In this document: piece by piece, positions 48,710 to 62,268 of the stretch | Position numbering within the stretch: the first letter of the stretch is position 1 | Layout of the letters: every line of letters starts with the position of its first letter | Origin: Azolla caroliniana | Lineage: Eukaryota > Plantae > Polypodiophyta | Direction: 5' to 3' | DNA: 64,000 nt | NCBI GenBank assembly: GCA_043228905.1 | Contig: JBHGNT010000018.1 | Coordinates: 8,246,001-8,310,000, forward strand | Translations under genes and position numbers: made by a program | The notes under the pieces: generated by a model | Told to the model about the DNA's origin: nothing | What the model saw: the letters and a program-made list of their open reading frames with translations, nothing else | Databases searched by the model: none

Positions 48710-49867
48710 ATGGCTACTGTTAGCGCCCAAGAATACCAATCCGTTTTCTTCGAGCTACAGTGCCTAAAAGAAAAATTTGTTGCCCTGGAACAAGAAAACC
48801 CACGGCTGATAGGGGATCTGCAACAAATCGCTCTAGAAAAACAACAAACGCAACAACAACATGGGGAGTTAGCGTTACGGGTACAACAACTCGAAGCAGT
48901 GTTGCAACAACAAGGATCCAGTCCCCAAGGATTTCATAAAGAGCCCAAGATTGGACTTCCTGTGAAATTTGATGGAACGCGTTCGCAATTCCGGGGATTC
49001 CTTAATCAGGTACGCTTAGTCATCCAGATGCATCCTTCCCGATATCCCACTGATGCATCTCGAGTCGGCCTAATAGGCACGCTACTTAGCGGCTCAGCCT
49101 TGGCATGGTTTGCTCCGCTTCTAGAAAAACAATCACCCTTACTTAATAACTTTGAAGATTTTATTGGTGAGTTTAAAGCCTGCTTTGGAGACACCGACAG
49201 CATTAGGACGGCGATCAACAAGATCCGGCGATTGCGTCAAGGCGATCGTCCAGCCTCTGCCTACGCGGCGGATTTCCGCCTACTTGCTTCAGATATACCC
49301 TGGGATGATCAAGCACTAATGGAGCAGTTTCGCTATGGCTTGCGAAACGATGTCAAAGATCTACTTCTAACTTTCCCCGAAGAACCAAAGTCTCTTACGG
49401 AGGCAATCAGTCGAGCAGTTCGATGTGACAACCGCCTTTTTGAACGGCGTTCAGAACGTCAATTACAGATACCACGCTCTAGGCCAGAGCCCACTTATGC
49501 CGCAGTCGCGGCTAAACCGTTTGCACGAGACATACCTCAAGCAAATACTTCGACACCGATGGAGATCGATACCATGCGTCGACGCGGCCCGTTATCGGAA
49601 GAAGAAAAGCAACGACGACGTGCCAATCGATTATGTCTTTATTGCGGTGGACCAGGACATATCGCCATCAATTGTCCCCATAGGCCAAGAAGACAGGTAA
49701 ATCAAATCGTCGCCTATACTAAACCCGAGTCAATTCTTCCCTTCGGAGTGTCTGATAGTATTAATAGTACTAATAGAGTGTCAGATAGTATTCATAGTAC
49801 TAATAGCCCAAGTATCTCAAATAAATTTGAAATCCTTAGTCAATTAGATGAAGAGTTAAACGATTGA
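48710..49867 (+). CDS. gag: H2 Gag (PEG10/sushi-like capsid, CCHC knuckle)
   Basis: Intact 385-aa ORF: KFDGTRSQFRGF, LRQG, PMEID, CLYCGGPGHIAINC. Confidence 0.95.
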   Translation: MATVSAQEYQSVFFELQCLKEKFVALEQENPRLIGDLQQIALEKQQTQQQHGELALRVQQLEAVLQQQGSSPQGFHKEPKIGLPVKFDGTRSQFRGFLNQVRLVIQMHPSRYPTDASRVGLIGTLLSGSALAWFAPLLEKQSPLLNNFEDFIGEFKACFGDTDSIRTAINKIRRLRQGDRPASAYAADFRLLASDIPWDDQALMEQFRYGLRNDVKDLLLTFPEEPKSLTEAISRAVRCDNRLFERRSERQLQIPRSRPEPTYAAVAAKPFARDIPQANTSTPMEIDTMRRRGPLSEEEKQRRRANRLCLYCGGPGHIAINCPHRPRRQVNQIVAYTKPESILPFGVSDSINSTNRVSDSIHSTNSPSISNKFEILSQLDEELND

Positions 49868-49910
49868 GTCCAGCCAAAATAGGAGCCATTTGGTTGGACA
49901 GCAGCCCTAG
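49855..49910 (+). promoter_or_regulatory. -1 frameshift signal G TTA AAC plus 11-bp stem/pseudoknot at the H2 gag-pol junction
   Basis: pol is in the -1 frame; 6-nt spacer; GTCCAGCCAAA (49868-49878) pairs with TTTGGTTGGAC (49889-49899). Confidence 0.8.
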
Positions 49911-52900
49911 ATCTGTACAGCCCATTAGTGGTTCCATTCCTTCCAAGCAAGTTAGCAATGTGTTCCTAGCCCAAGTCATTGTTAGTACTAAAAGTACTCC
50001 CCCAGTACCCGTCCTAGCACTTTTCGATTCCAGAGCTAATTCCTGTTTCATGGATCGAAATTTTGCCCAAGCTTCTCAGATATCCTTAAGAAAACTTCCT
50101 TGTCCCGCATCTGTAGTGGTCATTGATGGTCGTCCCATTGCTTCCGGGAATATTGTAGAAGAATCAGAACCCATTCAAGTTGTCCTAGGTAGTTTTGTGT
50201 GTATAATATCATTTAATATAATTAGTAGTCCAGAGCATCCCATTGTCCTAGGATTACCTTGGCTTGAATTACATAATCCAGCCATAGATTGGAGAACAAG
50301 AGAAGTCTGATATCGACCACCCCAAGAATCAACTCACCGAGTTTCGACCATTTCACTCCATCAACTACGCGAAGAAGGACCCAAGGAGGCAATGTTCCTA
50401 TTTGCCATATCAGTACATCCTTCTAGCACTATTAAGAAGGACTCCTCAATACAACTTCTGGCAAAATATCATCCTTATGCCGATGTATTTGACAAGGTAA
50501 AAGCCGGTACCCTTCCTCATCACCGTCCCTATGACTGTCCCATCGATTTACAACCAGGAACCGAGCCACCATGGGGACCAATTTACAACTTGTCACCCAC
50601 CGAGTTAGAAGTCCTTCGAGCCTACATAGAGGAGAACTTGGCAAGCGGGTTCATCCGTCATTCGAAATCTCCGGCCGGTGCACCCATCTTCTTTGTCAAG
50701 AAGAAAGATGGCTCACTTCGTCTTGTCGTTGATTACCGCGGATTGAATAAAGTCACCATCTGGAATAGGTATGCACTTCCTCTTATATCAAGTCTTTTGA
50801 GCGAGTTAATGGTGCCAAGTTTTTTACTAAAATCGACCTACGAGGAGCGTATAATCTCGTGCGGATCCGACCGGGAGATGAGTGGAAGACCGCTTTTCGC
50901 ACGTGGTATGGGCATTTCGAGTATACTGTTATGCCGTTTGGCCTAACCAATGCACCCGCAGTCTTCCAACACATGGCAAATGATATATTCAGAGACCTCT
51001 TGGATATCTGTTTGATCATTTATCTGGATGATCTGTTGATTTATTCGAAGACCCAGGAAGAGCACGATTCTCATGTACTATTAGTACTAAAGCGACTCCG
51101 CGAGAATGGTCTTTATGCCAAGCTAGAGAAATGTAGCTTTGACTGCAAGCAAGTGGAATTTCTAGGCTACGTCATCTCCTCAAAGGGCATCGCCATGGAT
51201 CCAGCTAAAATCCAAACTGTACTAGAGTGGCAAATTCCACGGTCGGTACGAGATGTACAATGTTTTCTAGGCTTTGCTAACTTCTACCGTAAGTTTATAC
51301 AGGATTACTCGAAGATTATTTTACCTCTCACACAACTTACGAAGAAGGGCCAAGCATTTCTTTGGTCCATCGAAGCAGATATGGCTTTTCGGCATCTTAA
51401 GAAAGCCTTTACATCAGCACCGATTCTAGCTCATGTGGATACAAGCAAACCATTCATCATGGAGGCCGACGCATCAGATTTCGCCCTCGATAGCATCCTT
51501 TCTCAACAAGGCGATAAAGAAGAGTTGCATCCGGTGGCTTTCCATTCGCGCAAATTCAATGTCGCAGAAATCAACTACGAAATACATGACAAGGAGTTAT
51601 TAGCTATCGTGGATTCATTTGTACAATGGCGGCATTTCTTAGAGGGCTCTCCACATCAGGTCATTGTCTTTAGCGATCATAAAAATCTTGCTTATTTTCA
51701 GAACGCTCGCGTACTAAATCGACGGAAAGCTCGGTGGGCGCAATTCCTCATGCGTTTGAACTTCGAAATCACATATCGACCGGGGAAGCAGCAAGGAAAA
51801 GCAGATGCACTATCACGGCGTTCATATCTTGCACCTCGTCCTGGTGACGCAACATTTGATAATCAAAAGCAAGTAATCTTGGGACCAACACGATTGCACA
51901 CGACGCGGATTTTTCACACCCCGATGGATTCACGGATTACCGATGACATACGTGCAACCTTGAAGACGGATAGTTTTGCTCAAGACATCCTGGCGCACAT
52001 TGATACTTCTCGGGCATCCTGTTCTCAGTCTCAACAACCAGGTATTGACTACCGACAATTCGAATATCATGATGGTTTGTTATTCTTTAAAAAGTGCGTA
52101 TATGTCCCCGATTGCTCCTGTCGCCTTCAAATCGTCCAACATTGTCACGACACCCATACGGTGGGACATTTCGGTAGTACCAAGACGTTGGAGTTAGTGC
52201 AACGATCTTTTTGGTGGCCCCACATGCGCCGTTTTGTCGACGACTACGTTCGGACCTGTGATGCTTGCTGCCGAGCAAAGATGCCACGACACCATCCATA
52301 TGGCTTGTTGGAACCTTTACCAATTCCAAGTAAGCCATGGCAGTCTATTTGTCTTGATTTTATTACAGATCTGCCAGTCTCGAAGGGGTTCGATGCTATC
52401 CTAACCGTCGTCGATCGATATACGAAGATGGCACATTTTGTGCCATGTACTAAAGCCATCACTAGCGAGGAAACCGCCGCTCTTGTTATGCGTGAGGTAT
52501 TTCGGCATCATGGCCTACCAGACAGTATTATCAGTGACCGAGGCCCGCAATTTGTCTCCAAATTTTGGCAGCATCTCTTCAGGATGCTCAAGGTCTCCTG
52601 CAACCTCTCCTCCGGCTACCATCCTCAAACTGACGGACAGGCGGAACGAACAAACCAAACGTTGGAGCAATATCTCCGGTGTTTCCTGAGTTATCAACAG
52701 GACGATTGGGCCGAGATTCTCCACTTTGCGGAGTTTGCGTATAATAATGCTATTCACTCCTCGACTCGGGTCTCCCCATTTCTCGCTTATACCGGTTTCC
52801 ATCCTCGCTGGTCGGTGATCGACACTCCGGAGCTACCTACCAACCCTCGTGCCGAGGACCATTTGGAGAGGCTACGCAAGATCCAGATGGATCTCTCTAC

Positions 52901-53435
52901 TCACCTTCGTCATGCTCAACACACACAGAAGACTTATGCGGATCGTCATCGGATTCCCTCCTCTTTTGCCATCGGAGATCGAGTATGGCTCTTATGTCGT
53001 CACATCAAGACTACTCGACCGTGCGACAAGTTGGATTATCGACGACTCGGTTCTTTCCGTATTACGGGGAAGATTAATGATGTCACCTTCCGTCTGGATC
53101 TCCCTCCGCAGCTTCAGATACATCCGGTTTTCCATTGTTCTCTTCTTGAACCTTATAAAGCAAACACCATTCCCGATCGTGTGACACCACCGCCGCCCCC
53201 GTTGGAGTTGGACGTCGGCCCAGAGTATGAAGTTGCTGCCATCCTCGATTCCAAACTTGTTCGCAACAAACTTTATTACTTGGTCGATTGGCTCGGTTAT
53301 AGTCCGAGCGAACGTACTTGGGAACCCGTCGAGAATGTTGCCAATGCACAAGATCTTCTTGCTAATTTCCACCGAAAGTATCCGAACAAACCCGGTCCGC
53401 AATTAGCGCCGACTCGTTCCACTCGTCGTCTTTAA
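49864..53435 (+). pseudogene. pol: H2 pol (protease, RT, RNase H, integrase, chromodomain) with one stop and one frameshift
   Basis: LFDSRA (mutated DSG), VDYRGLN, YLDD, ADAS, HHCC, ISDRG, DGQAER, C-terminal chromodomain; TGA at 50308 and a frameshift near 50800. Confidence 0.95.
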
Positions 53436-54193
53436 GGGGGAGATAGTGTCATGGCAAGACTCGAACCCATGACTTTATGCTACATGGGTCGAGCTCTTAC
53501 CATTAGATTATGAATTGTATTTTGTAGGATATTATTTTCATTTATACTTTATCATAGAAAATTGATGTATATTCCAGATCTCTCTGGAACATTCTAGAAG
53601 CTTCAGGATTATTCCTAAAAACACTATAAAAGGAGGCACAAGGCATTGTTTTGAACCAAATTGGTTCAACGCCAGTCTTAAGCCTCTTAGCCGCTTGTAC
53701 TTATCTTTTCACATAATATATAGCTGCTGTCATCATCTCTCTCTCTCTCATTCTCGCTATCTCTCTCTCTCTCCTCTTCTCACTTCCTCTCTCGGGAATC
53801 TTACGCAGTCCCGTCCTCTTAGTACTAATAGTACTGTTGTTCTTAGTACTAATTCCATCTCTGTTTTAGTGCTATTCCTGACACCGACCTTGAGCTCACG
53901 TAGCATTATGTCGGTGAACCGGTGCCCTATGCCAGCCGGATTCCGTAAACTTGGATCCGACGCGACCCCTTTTATCCGCTCCTCATTGCCCTCCAGCAAG
54001 GGTGCCGCGACTAGCCTCACCTTCCGGTCCATAGTCTTGTACTTTGTATCCACGCGGGCCGTCCGATCCTACCCGATCCTTCCCCCGAAGTCTGTGATGA
54101 CTTCGTACATTCCCATTGACCCTACTGGGACGGTCCGGTCGTCTCTAAGGTCTTCACCAATCACCTTTCGCAGTTCGCCCAAGGTGTAGTCAA

Positions 54194-54760
54194 TGTTAGG
54201 AAATCGACGGTTTCAAAACCTTCACCTCTCAGCCACAACCGAGGAAACACGAGTCAGTGCAGCAGTAAATCCAAAACACAGTGAGAGACTCGAATGCACA
54301 GGGTTTAGCATGGAAAACCCTAAACGGGAAAAACCACGGGAGTGCAAGACTCCAACTATCACTATACGCAGGGAATGTACAATGGCGAGCTGCAAGGCGA
54401 TGACCTTGAGCTCGTTGTCCTCGCCACAGGCGGCGGTATTACACAGAGGCGTCGACCTCTTCCTTTCCCTCTCTCTCTCTCTCTCACTCTCGGCTGTTCT
54501 CACTTCGCTCCCTCTAAGTGGAAAACAGAAAATGAGCAACAACAACAAAACTGTTTGCCTAAGTCATATTTATACACATATGACTTTCAGGCTATTTACA
54601 AATATAGCCTCAAGGGCCCTTGGCAAACATATTCACAAATATGTCCCCGCATCCGGATCTCTCTCCGGGTACATTCATCGTCCGGATCCGTAGCCGGGGT
54701 CTTCATCATCCGGTTCCCGGACATCTGACCATCCCTTCCGGATGGACCGTAATCCCAACA
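54194..54760 (-). mobile_element. Solo LTR of the Copia A family (same subtype as 10410-11083)
   Basis: Perfect TSD GTCAA (54189-54193 / 54761-54765). Confidence 0.95.
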
Positions 54761-54944
54761 GTCAAAAGAGACTGCCTCCACGGCGCCGCTGATATCTTCG
54801 TCGGGGAAGAGGACTCCGCATCTCCTGAGCCGCTCCTCCGCTCGCTTCCTCTCCCAGCCGCTGACGTTGGTTATAGTACAACCTCCGTTGTCGGAGAACC
54901 AAAATTTTCTACCTATGGTATAGGTCTTCTTTCGTATTGTACAT

Positions 54945-55012
54945 TTGTGGGGTTCTTCCCAGGTGTCCGGACTATCGCGGCCCCATGCCTTGATAGCCCC
55001 CTCTAAAAATCC
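54945..55012 (-). promoter_or_regulatory. Putative -1 frameshift signal between protease and RT of G3
   Basis: G GAT TTT TAG at 55012-55003; -1 frame open from the heptamer to the solo LTR at 54761; stem GGGCTATC/GATAGTCC. Confidence 0.7.
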
Positions 55013-57697
55013 CCTCGGGTTTCGCCGCTGAGGGCCTCGCGGTTACGCTCGTGGTTTGGTCGCACCATCAGGAACTGGACCGAGTGACGCCCGTCTTGGC
55101 TCTTGACTCTTGCATAGGCCGAACCGTTGTCCATCACCTTGGTCTCCATCCGTGCCGCCGTGATGTATGGCTCTCCTAGTATAACCAGATGCGAGGATGT
55201 CTCCTGCACGAAGAAGTGTTGGTCGATCTCGACGTCGCCGATTTTCACCCGTACGTTCGAACAGGCCCCATGTATTTCTTCCATGGTGCGCGTGGCCACC
55301 CGTATCTTCCAGCCATGCTTGGTGTTGATTGGCCATTTACCCTTCTTGTAGAAATCCATGGACATCAGGTTGATTTCGAACCCATGGTCTACCAATGCCA
55401 CCACCGGTTCCAGGACATTGTCGATCCGTACATGGGTTTCCGTAGTTGCCCTGGCCCAATGCGGCTTCGTGTAGTGGCTTCCCGCCAACTCGTCTTCTAG
55501 GGCTTCGTCTTCCAAGCGTGTGGTCCGCACTTCCACCGGTTTCTCCGGTTCCGGCTCTGTCGAGAGCCTCTTCCGCTTCACCAAGTATACGATAGAGTCG
55601 TGGAACTCCCTCTTGGCGATTCCCAACACCTCCCGCAACGACAACTCCACTTTACTGTCGAGGATCCACTCTTCAAGGACCTTCCGTAGGTCCATTGTTC
55701 TCTCGATTTTGGTGCTCAACCGAAACCCTGCCTGCTTCTTCCCATCCGGCACGCCTGGGTTGCCGGCACCGGCCGGTCTCGGTCCGAACCGGGTCTCGGT
55801 CCGAACCGGGTCTCGTACCTCTGCGGGGGACCAACCCCTCCAGCCTTTCCTGCCCGTTTGTCTTCCACCAGAACCTCGTAGTTCTGGCAAGTGGCTTCTA
55901 CGAAGCCCGTCTTCTCTTCGACCGGATCGTCCTAATCGGTGACCTCCTGGACCCGTTGTTCCACGCAGTCTGCCTCTTTCTTCTTCAACCGAACTCCGGA
56001 GAGGCCTTCTAGCACTAGCAGCCAGAATTTGGAGTCCTTCGCCTTCTGGGTCTCATCACCCCCTACCTGAATTCCTGCCGACACTGAGTAGTTAACGGCT
56101 TCGACGTGTCATGCCACGGCCTCTTCCATCAACCTCTTCATACTGCCGTGCCCCGTATTCAGTTCTAGGGCTCTCTGGGTCTCGCTTGCGTGCACCCGCC
56201 CGTTCCAAAGGTACACCACGTTGGTCCTGAGTGCGTCGGCGAAATCCGCGCAATCCTTCCGAATGTGACCGATTGCGTCCCACCACATGCACCGCTGCCC
56301 AGCCGGCAGCCTCCGGTCACGAGGTTGTTCGCCGCTATCTCTCCGGGCCTATGCGATCTGCAGGTCGCGCACCATCTGTGTCAGCTCCTCGCTCCTCCGG
56401 ATGGGCCTCTGACCACGTCGTTCGATGCCAACCCCGACTCTGGCCAGATTCGGGTCTCTTCCTTCCTACCGGCTGGCACCGATATCGGCTCCTCGAGCCT
56501 CTTCCCCGGGACTGGGCCCGACCCCGACGAGCTTCCGTCGCTCCAATCGCGCCATTTGTCAAAATGGCTGCAGACCCATTTTACCACGGTTCAGTCTGCC
56601 GTGAGCCCTTCGTCCGTTTCCAATAGGGGACCCACCTTTTCCCTGTCGAGCGCATCCACCGACTTGACAAACAGTTGTACTCGACTTGTTTCGAGCACCG
56701 TTCGGTCCAGCGTCGACAGCTGCGCGAACTGTTTTTCGAACTCCTGGAGGAGCACCGACGTGTTCCTCCCCTTTCCGGGGCTTTCCACCCACGCCATGAA
56801 GTCCCGCCTCGACAGCCGAAGCGAGTCGTCAAACCCGTACTTCTCGAGGAGCTGCAACTTGAACTCCTCCCAAGTCTGGCATCCGGCCAGCACCTCGAGC
56901 ACCTCCGCGTGCATGCCCGACGTCACCACCCAAGGGAATCCGGACAGCCGCCTGTCCACCGGGATATCCCTCATGATCATTTCGGCCCAGTAAGCCTCCA
57001 AATAACTTGTGGCATCTTTCCCTCCGAAACGGCCTATAGAGCCGACAATCGATTCAATGGCTCTGTCGAGGGTACTCGTCCCCTCACGAGCACTCACCAG
57101 CCGGTCGACGGCCACCGCCATTGCCTCTGCTAACTCCGATCCCCTCATCTTTTGACTCCTTTGCCACCCCATTCACGTTGGGCTCACCAAAGATGTCGCA
57201 TTGCTACGTGCGTGCGTGTAGAAGGGGGCGGGACCACGGGGGTCTTGAACTGAGGAGCGAGAGAGAGAGAGAGAGAGAGAGATTTGTAGATACGCGGAGC
57301 GAGAGGCAGAGATATAGAACGTATCACTTGATTTCAATAGCAAGAGATTACAATAACAAGAGGATACAAGAGGTTACAAGAGAATACGACTCTGACGGTT
57401 CCAACCAACAAGGCGGCGATGGACCCGACCCGGGGATCCTACTCACACACACAGACAGCACTCGCTCGACTCCTAGAAACAAAACAAAGGGGGAGAGACT
57501 CTGTTGGAAGCACATGACCCAAAGAGACCGACGGTAGGAGGAGAAGAGAGAGCTCGGCCCTCAGATCTACAGCAGCACTTCGTCCTCCCTAGCGCGCGAT
57601 CCCTGTTCCTTCCTTCTCTCCCTCCTTAAATAGTTCCCCAAAAGGGGTGACCCCCTTTTCCTCAGCCAAACTGCTTTATTCCCTGTCCTTGTCGACA

Positions 57698-60600
57698 GAG
57701 ATACGCACAATATCCCCTAATAAATGTGCACTACCTAGTATTTACACCAGTCACCCTAATTACGAATTATATACAATATATCAATCCTCGTGTCCACCCG
57801 TGTAAGAGCTAGTTCATGCGCCTTTTTCTTCGATTCCACCTATGTCCGGTTTTCTTCACAACAACGTCAAACCCATTATCCGGCCCTTTTACACTTCGTC
57901 CAAAATGTCCAGAATGCTTTGCTCTAGAATTTCCAATGGCTCGTCAGGAATCTGTTGTTGTTGCTGTGGCTGCTACTGCTATGGCTGTTGTTCTGTTTGT
58001 GGTTGTGGTTGCTCCGTTTGTGCCTTCTCCGTTTGGGGTTGCGGCTCCGTTTGTCGCTCTGGCACCGGCATTGGTTCCTCCGTCTCCGAGTTGTCTCTGA
58101 CTGACTGACCCCGGCCTGGTCCCCGTCTGGTCCTTGTACCGGTGACGGTTCCTCATCACTAAGGTTGACTGTTGCCGCCCTACTCGCTTTTTCTTCCCGA
58201 AGCCGGGACCGCTCATACCTCTCAAACTGGATTTGAGCCTCCAGCCGATCGTCGTCCAGTTGAGCTATGAACTGCCGGACCTGCACCAATTGTTCATCCG
58301 TCAGGGCTGAGAAATCTTCAGCCAGCTCATCCCTTATGGCGGTGAAGGCCTCTGATGTCAGCATATAACATTCGTCACCCTCCTTTCGCCGGTTTTCCAC
58401 GTCCACCCTGAGCAATTGCAATTCCGCTGTATTCTGCGCCCATTTCGTCCACCATCGCATAGAGCTCTCGTCAATCAAGCTTTTGGTCTTGGTGAGCCAT
58501 GACCAGAGGATGCACTGGATCCGTTCGGTTCCCATCTGTGATTTGTTCTCTGTGGCTTGTCGCTCCTCTTTCAATTGTTTGATGATTCGGACCGTGTCCG
58601 CCTCTTGCTCCCTATAATGCAACAATTGACTTTGATAGGTTGTTTGCAACCTCTGTAACACCATTGTTGCCCTTTCCTTTTCTTCATGGTTCTGCTTGTG
58701 GAGTTCCGTCCGGTCCATCACCGCTTCCTCCAATAGCTTGGAACTCTCAGCTCGTTCATCGGCGAGTGCCGTTGTGGCCCTATCAACTTCTTGCCGGAGC
58801 TCGGCCATCCGTTCCTGTTGTTGCTTATACTCCGTGGCCAGCTACTTGTAGTCGCGGTGCAGATGATCAAAATCATCGGTCTTCTGCTTTAGCCTCTGGT
58901 TGATTTGCCGGCGCACGCGGTCCTCCCGGTCCTTCTGTTGACGGAGTTCTTCCTTCAGCCTTTCGATTTCCATCTCCGCCATCCGTCGCAGCTTGTCTTT
59001 CTCATGCAACAATTTCTCTTTTTCCATGATTTCTTGTGCTTTCCGTAGCTCCCGGATCACTTCTTTATTTGGTTCTTCGCCCGCTGCGTCTGGTGGCAGT
59101 ATGTATAGTGATACGGCTTCAGCTACGTCAATTTCGAACAGGGGTACTATCTTCGGATTATCTTGCAAGTATTGATCCACCTCTTCATCTGTTAATCCGT
59201 CCAGCATATTGACACATTCGGCATATAGGGGTGTTAATTCCTTCCCGGTACCCGTCCGTGGTTGTGTCGGTACCCGTACTTTTGCTTTTCCCCACCCGAA
59301 GGTGATGATATTCTTTCTCCAGTTTTGTTTAATGTGCACCATTTTTAGCCACGACCGCCCCAACAATAGCGGGTAAGCTCCTTGTGCCTGTAATTGTAGC
59401 ACTACTGCCGAGATGCGAAATGTGTGACTGTCGATTGTTACTTCCAAATCTCGTATCAAGCCGGTCGGTCGCACTGAGCTGGTATCCGCCATCCGTAGCC
59501 AAAACGGGCATGGTTCCCACTCTTTGATTCCCAAGGTTGTGCATGTTCGGAGGCTAATCACATTGATGCCGGATCCTCCATCTATTACTGTTCCGGGTAA
59601 CTCCTTTCCCTTCACGATGACCGTGCTCGCCAAACTGTTTGTGTCTACCACCACTGGTCCCACCTCTGGATTTGAGAAGAATGTTGGTGCCGGTGGTGTT
59701 TCTCCTGCCGTCATGCCTGTCTTGAGTCCTGTTGTGAATCTGGGCATTAGTTGCAGGAGCCGTCCTAATGGCAGCGTGATTTGGCACTCTTGCAATGCTT
59801 GCCATGTCGCATTTTCGGTTTGACTGCTGCCGGCGAGCTCATCGGTGTTCTCCTTTTGCTGTGCAAGTTCTACTACGTTTCGCTCATTTGCCTTTTACAC
59901 CCATTCCGTTGCATGCTTCCGGATGGCCTCTTGTGTCTCCAATTCCGTTGTCTTGCCCTTCGACCTTGTGGTAACCTGCTGCAGGTCTGCGACTTCGGCG
60001 ACTACCATGTTTACTGCCGGTCGCTTGTCGTAGCTCTTTGACGAACATTGATTACTATAATGTCCTTCTTGCTGGCAATAATAGCAATATGCTTTCCGGG
60101 TGTTGCTGGATTCGGCATTGTTTCCTGTATCCGGTGGAGGACCTGTGGTAACCGTGGGGCTTTGGTCCGGTTTGCTACTTGAGGCGCCTTTTTCCGGTTC
60201 ACGTGGGTGGCTCCCCTTTTTGAAATGCCATTTTTTATTAAAGTTCTTTTTGTTGCGGTACCCTTGATGGGGTTGGTCGTCACATCTCCTGTAATCTTCC
60301 TGTCATTGGTGATACCCGGGGGAGTGATCCCGGTTGTGATACTCGTACCGTCCATTGTAATCTCGGTACCTCTCATATCTCTTGTACCAGTCATAGTTGT
60401 CTCGCCGATCGTCGTACCAGACATCTTGTGCTGGTCGATATCGCTCCTCTCGCCGCCAGCGTTCGTCTTCTTCATTTCGGCTGCTATGTGGCTCGATTTG
60501 CCGGACTAGTGGTGCTTGACGATTCAATAAGTTATATTCGCACTGGTCCATCGTGTGGCTCCTAAATTGGCAGAGCAAGCAGTGCGTCCGCATGGTGCAC

Positions 60601-62268
60601 TCCAGTGATGAGTGTCCGGAATTCAAGCAGGTCGTGCATTGGATTGCTTGCCGGAACCGAAGATCCTCATCGGTCGGTAACGCTCGTTGGAGGGCTCCCA
60701 TTGTTAGCCAAGAGCTCGTTTTCTCCATTTCTCTAACCCGGTCCATGACCTGGGCGACGGTGCTTGTGCGAAAGTCGATGACTGTGCATACCGTTCGTAG
60801 AGGTTCCCGAAGCGCGGCTAAGAATATAGCCCGTGTTTCTTCTTCCAGAGGTGCGCGGGTAAGTTGACTGTGCATCCGTTGAAACCGGATGACAAACTGC
60901 GGAATGCTCTCCTTGGGGTCCTGCCGGATGGTATAAAATAGGCCCACCATTTATCTCTGGTCAACCTCCTTCTGAAAGAAGTGCAAGAATTTATCTTTTA
61001 GGTCCGCAAAGGTGGTGATGGTGCTGGGATCCTGCGTCTGGTGCCATCTAGCGGCCGGTCCTTCCAATGTCACGCTGAATTCGGCTATCTTAGATCGTTC
61101 CTCTTCTGCCGCGGTTAACTGTTGTGACACATGGTTCGCCTCCCATGTTTGTTGAAACGTGTGAACATGAGCCTCCGCGTCTGGATCATCCCTATACTTG
61201 GAGTACTGGAACGACGTGTCGTCGTCCGGTGTTGGTACGCAGGCTGGCGATGTCGGTGGTCTTTCCTGCTGTTTCGTCGGCGTCGGAGGTCTTTGCCGGT
61301 CTTCCTTTGGTGTTCCCGGCTCGACTTCCGATGTTGGAGGTCTTTCTTTGTCTTCTTCCGTCTCCGGAGGTTGCTCGACGTCTAGTGCCGGGGGTTCCCG
61401 GTCTAACAACTCTGGTTCTGGTGTCGGTAATGTATCTGACTCCTCGTCCTCCGGTCCTCCTGGGGTGTCCTTACTGCTGCGATAGTTCGTGTGCACACTG
61501 TAACCCCCTTTCGAATCCGATTCTAGTGCTGAAAATGCTTCGGATTCGCAGTCTCTTCCGGCCAAGGCCTTGAGAAGGGATTCCGCTTCCTGGAGTCTGC
61601 TTAAGCTGCTTCCTTTGTCTGGGTAGGCGTTTTGTTGCAGACAGAGCGACTCCTCCGCCACTTTCCGGATCACTTGGGAAAATGATCGATCCGATCGGAT
61701 TTCTTCTGCTACTTGCTGGAAAGCCTCTCGCCGCCTTCGCCGTTCAGCAAGTCTTCGTGCTCTCTCCGTAACCGGGTCGTTTGTTGGCCTAGTCATCCAT
61801 TCCCGCCGCTGTTCACTGCGATTGTGCAGGAATCGTGGTCACCAAAAACTGTGTTAATCCTAGGGACCGGACAATAGCCTAACACAGGGTGTCCACTTAA
61901 GACACTTCACCAAAGGGGGTTACGACAGGATGACTTACGACATAACGCTTAATTAGACCTTAATCGGTTACTTAGCAACACATCCTTAACACGCGTAAGA
62001 TATAACAATGAGTACAGAATGGTAATCATTACTGAAAGATTAAGGCAATCAGTTCTATTAATTATCCGCTGTCAATTACATTATAACCGGGCCTTTATAT
62101 AGGTCTCCGGTACGAAGTACAAAACGGTGCCAACTGGCACCTTTTCGGGATCGGTCCGGATCCGGATCGGCATACTGATTCCGGTCCGTCTGTCCACATC
62201 TTCTCCTATATTAATATATATTAAGACTACTAATTACAACAGTTCCTGAATAAACTATTCCTTTCACA
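57698..62268 (-). mobile_element. G4: non-autonomous Gypsy (G2-related) lacking RT, RNase H and integrase; 3' LTR absent
   Basis: 5' LTR 61850-62268 (TGTG..CACA, TATA on -); PBS TGGTGACCACGATTC 61830-61844; gag, CYYCQQEGHYSNQC, protease VIDGGSGINV, then coiled-coil extra ORF. Confidence 0.85.
57924..61796 (-). pseudogene. G4 single-frame Gag-protease-extra-ORF fusion interrupted only by nonsense codons
   Basis: ORFs 60951..61796, 60303..60950, 58842..59795 and 57924..58808 share one frame. Confidence 0.8.

Larger units (their letters stand above)
48204..53883 (+). mobile_element. H2: full-length chromovirus (Tcn1/Tf1-sushi-like), defective
   Basis: 437-bp LTRs 48204-48640 and 53447-53883 (about 5 differences); perfect TSD CCGAC; PPT 53434-53446; no tRNA-type PBS. 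Confidence 0.97.
46605..57697 (-). mobile_element. G3: Gypsy of the G1 family, from 5' LTR to integrase zinc finger; hosts H2 and a solo LTR
   Basis: 5' LTR 57194-57697 (TGTCGC..TCGACA); PBS TGGTGAGCCCAACGTG 57174-57189 (tRNA-Lys-like); gag from 57172; protease ALVDHGFEINLM; RT core deleted near 47780; RNase H and integrase start in ORF 46491..47600. Confidence 0.88.

Noticed and set aside
32941-62268. G2 and G4 as the two halves of one giant element
   Set aside because: LTRs 32941-33470 and 61850-62268 are not alignable, flanks (aacta / ctctg) give no TSD, and each has its own knuckle and extra ORF
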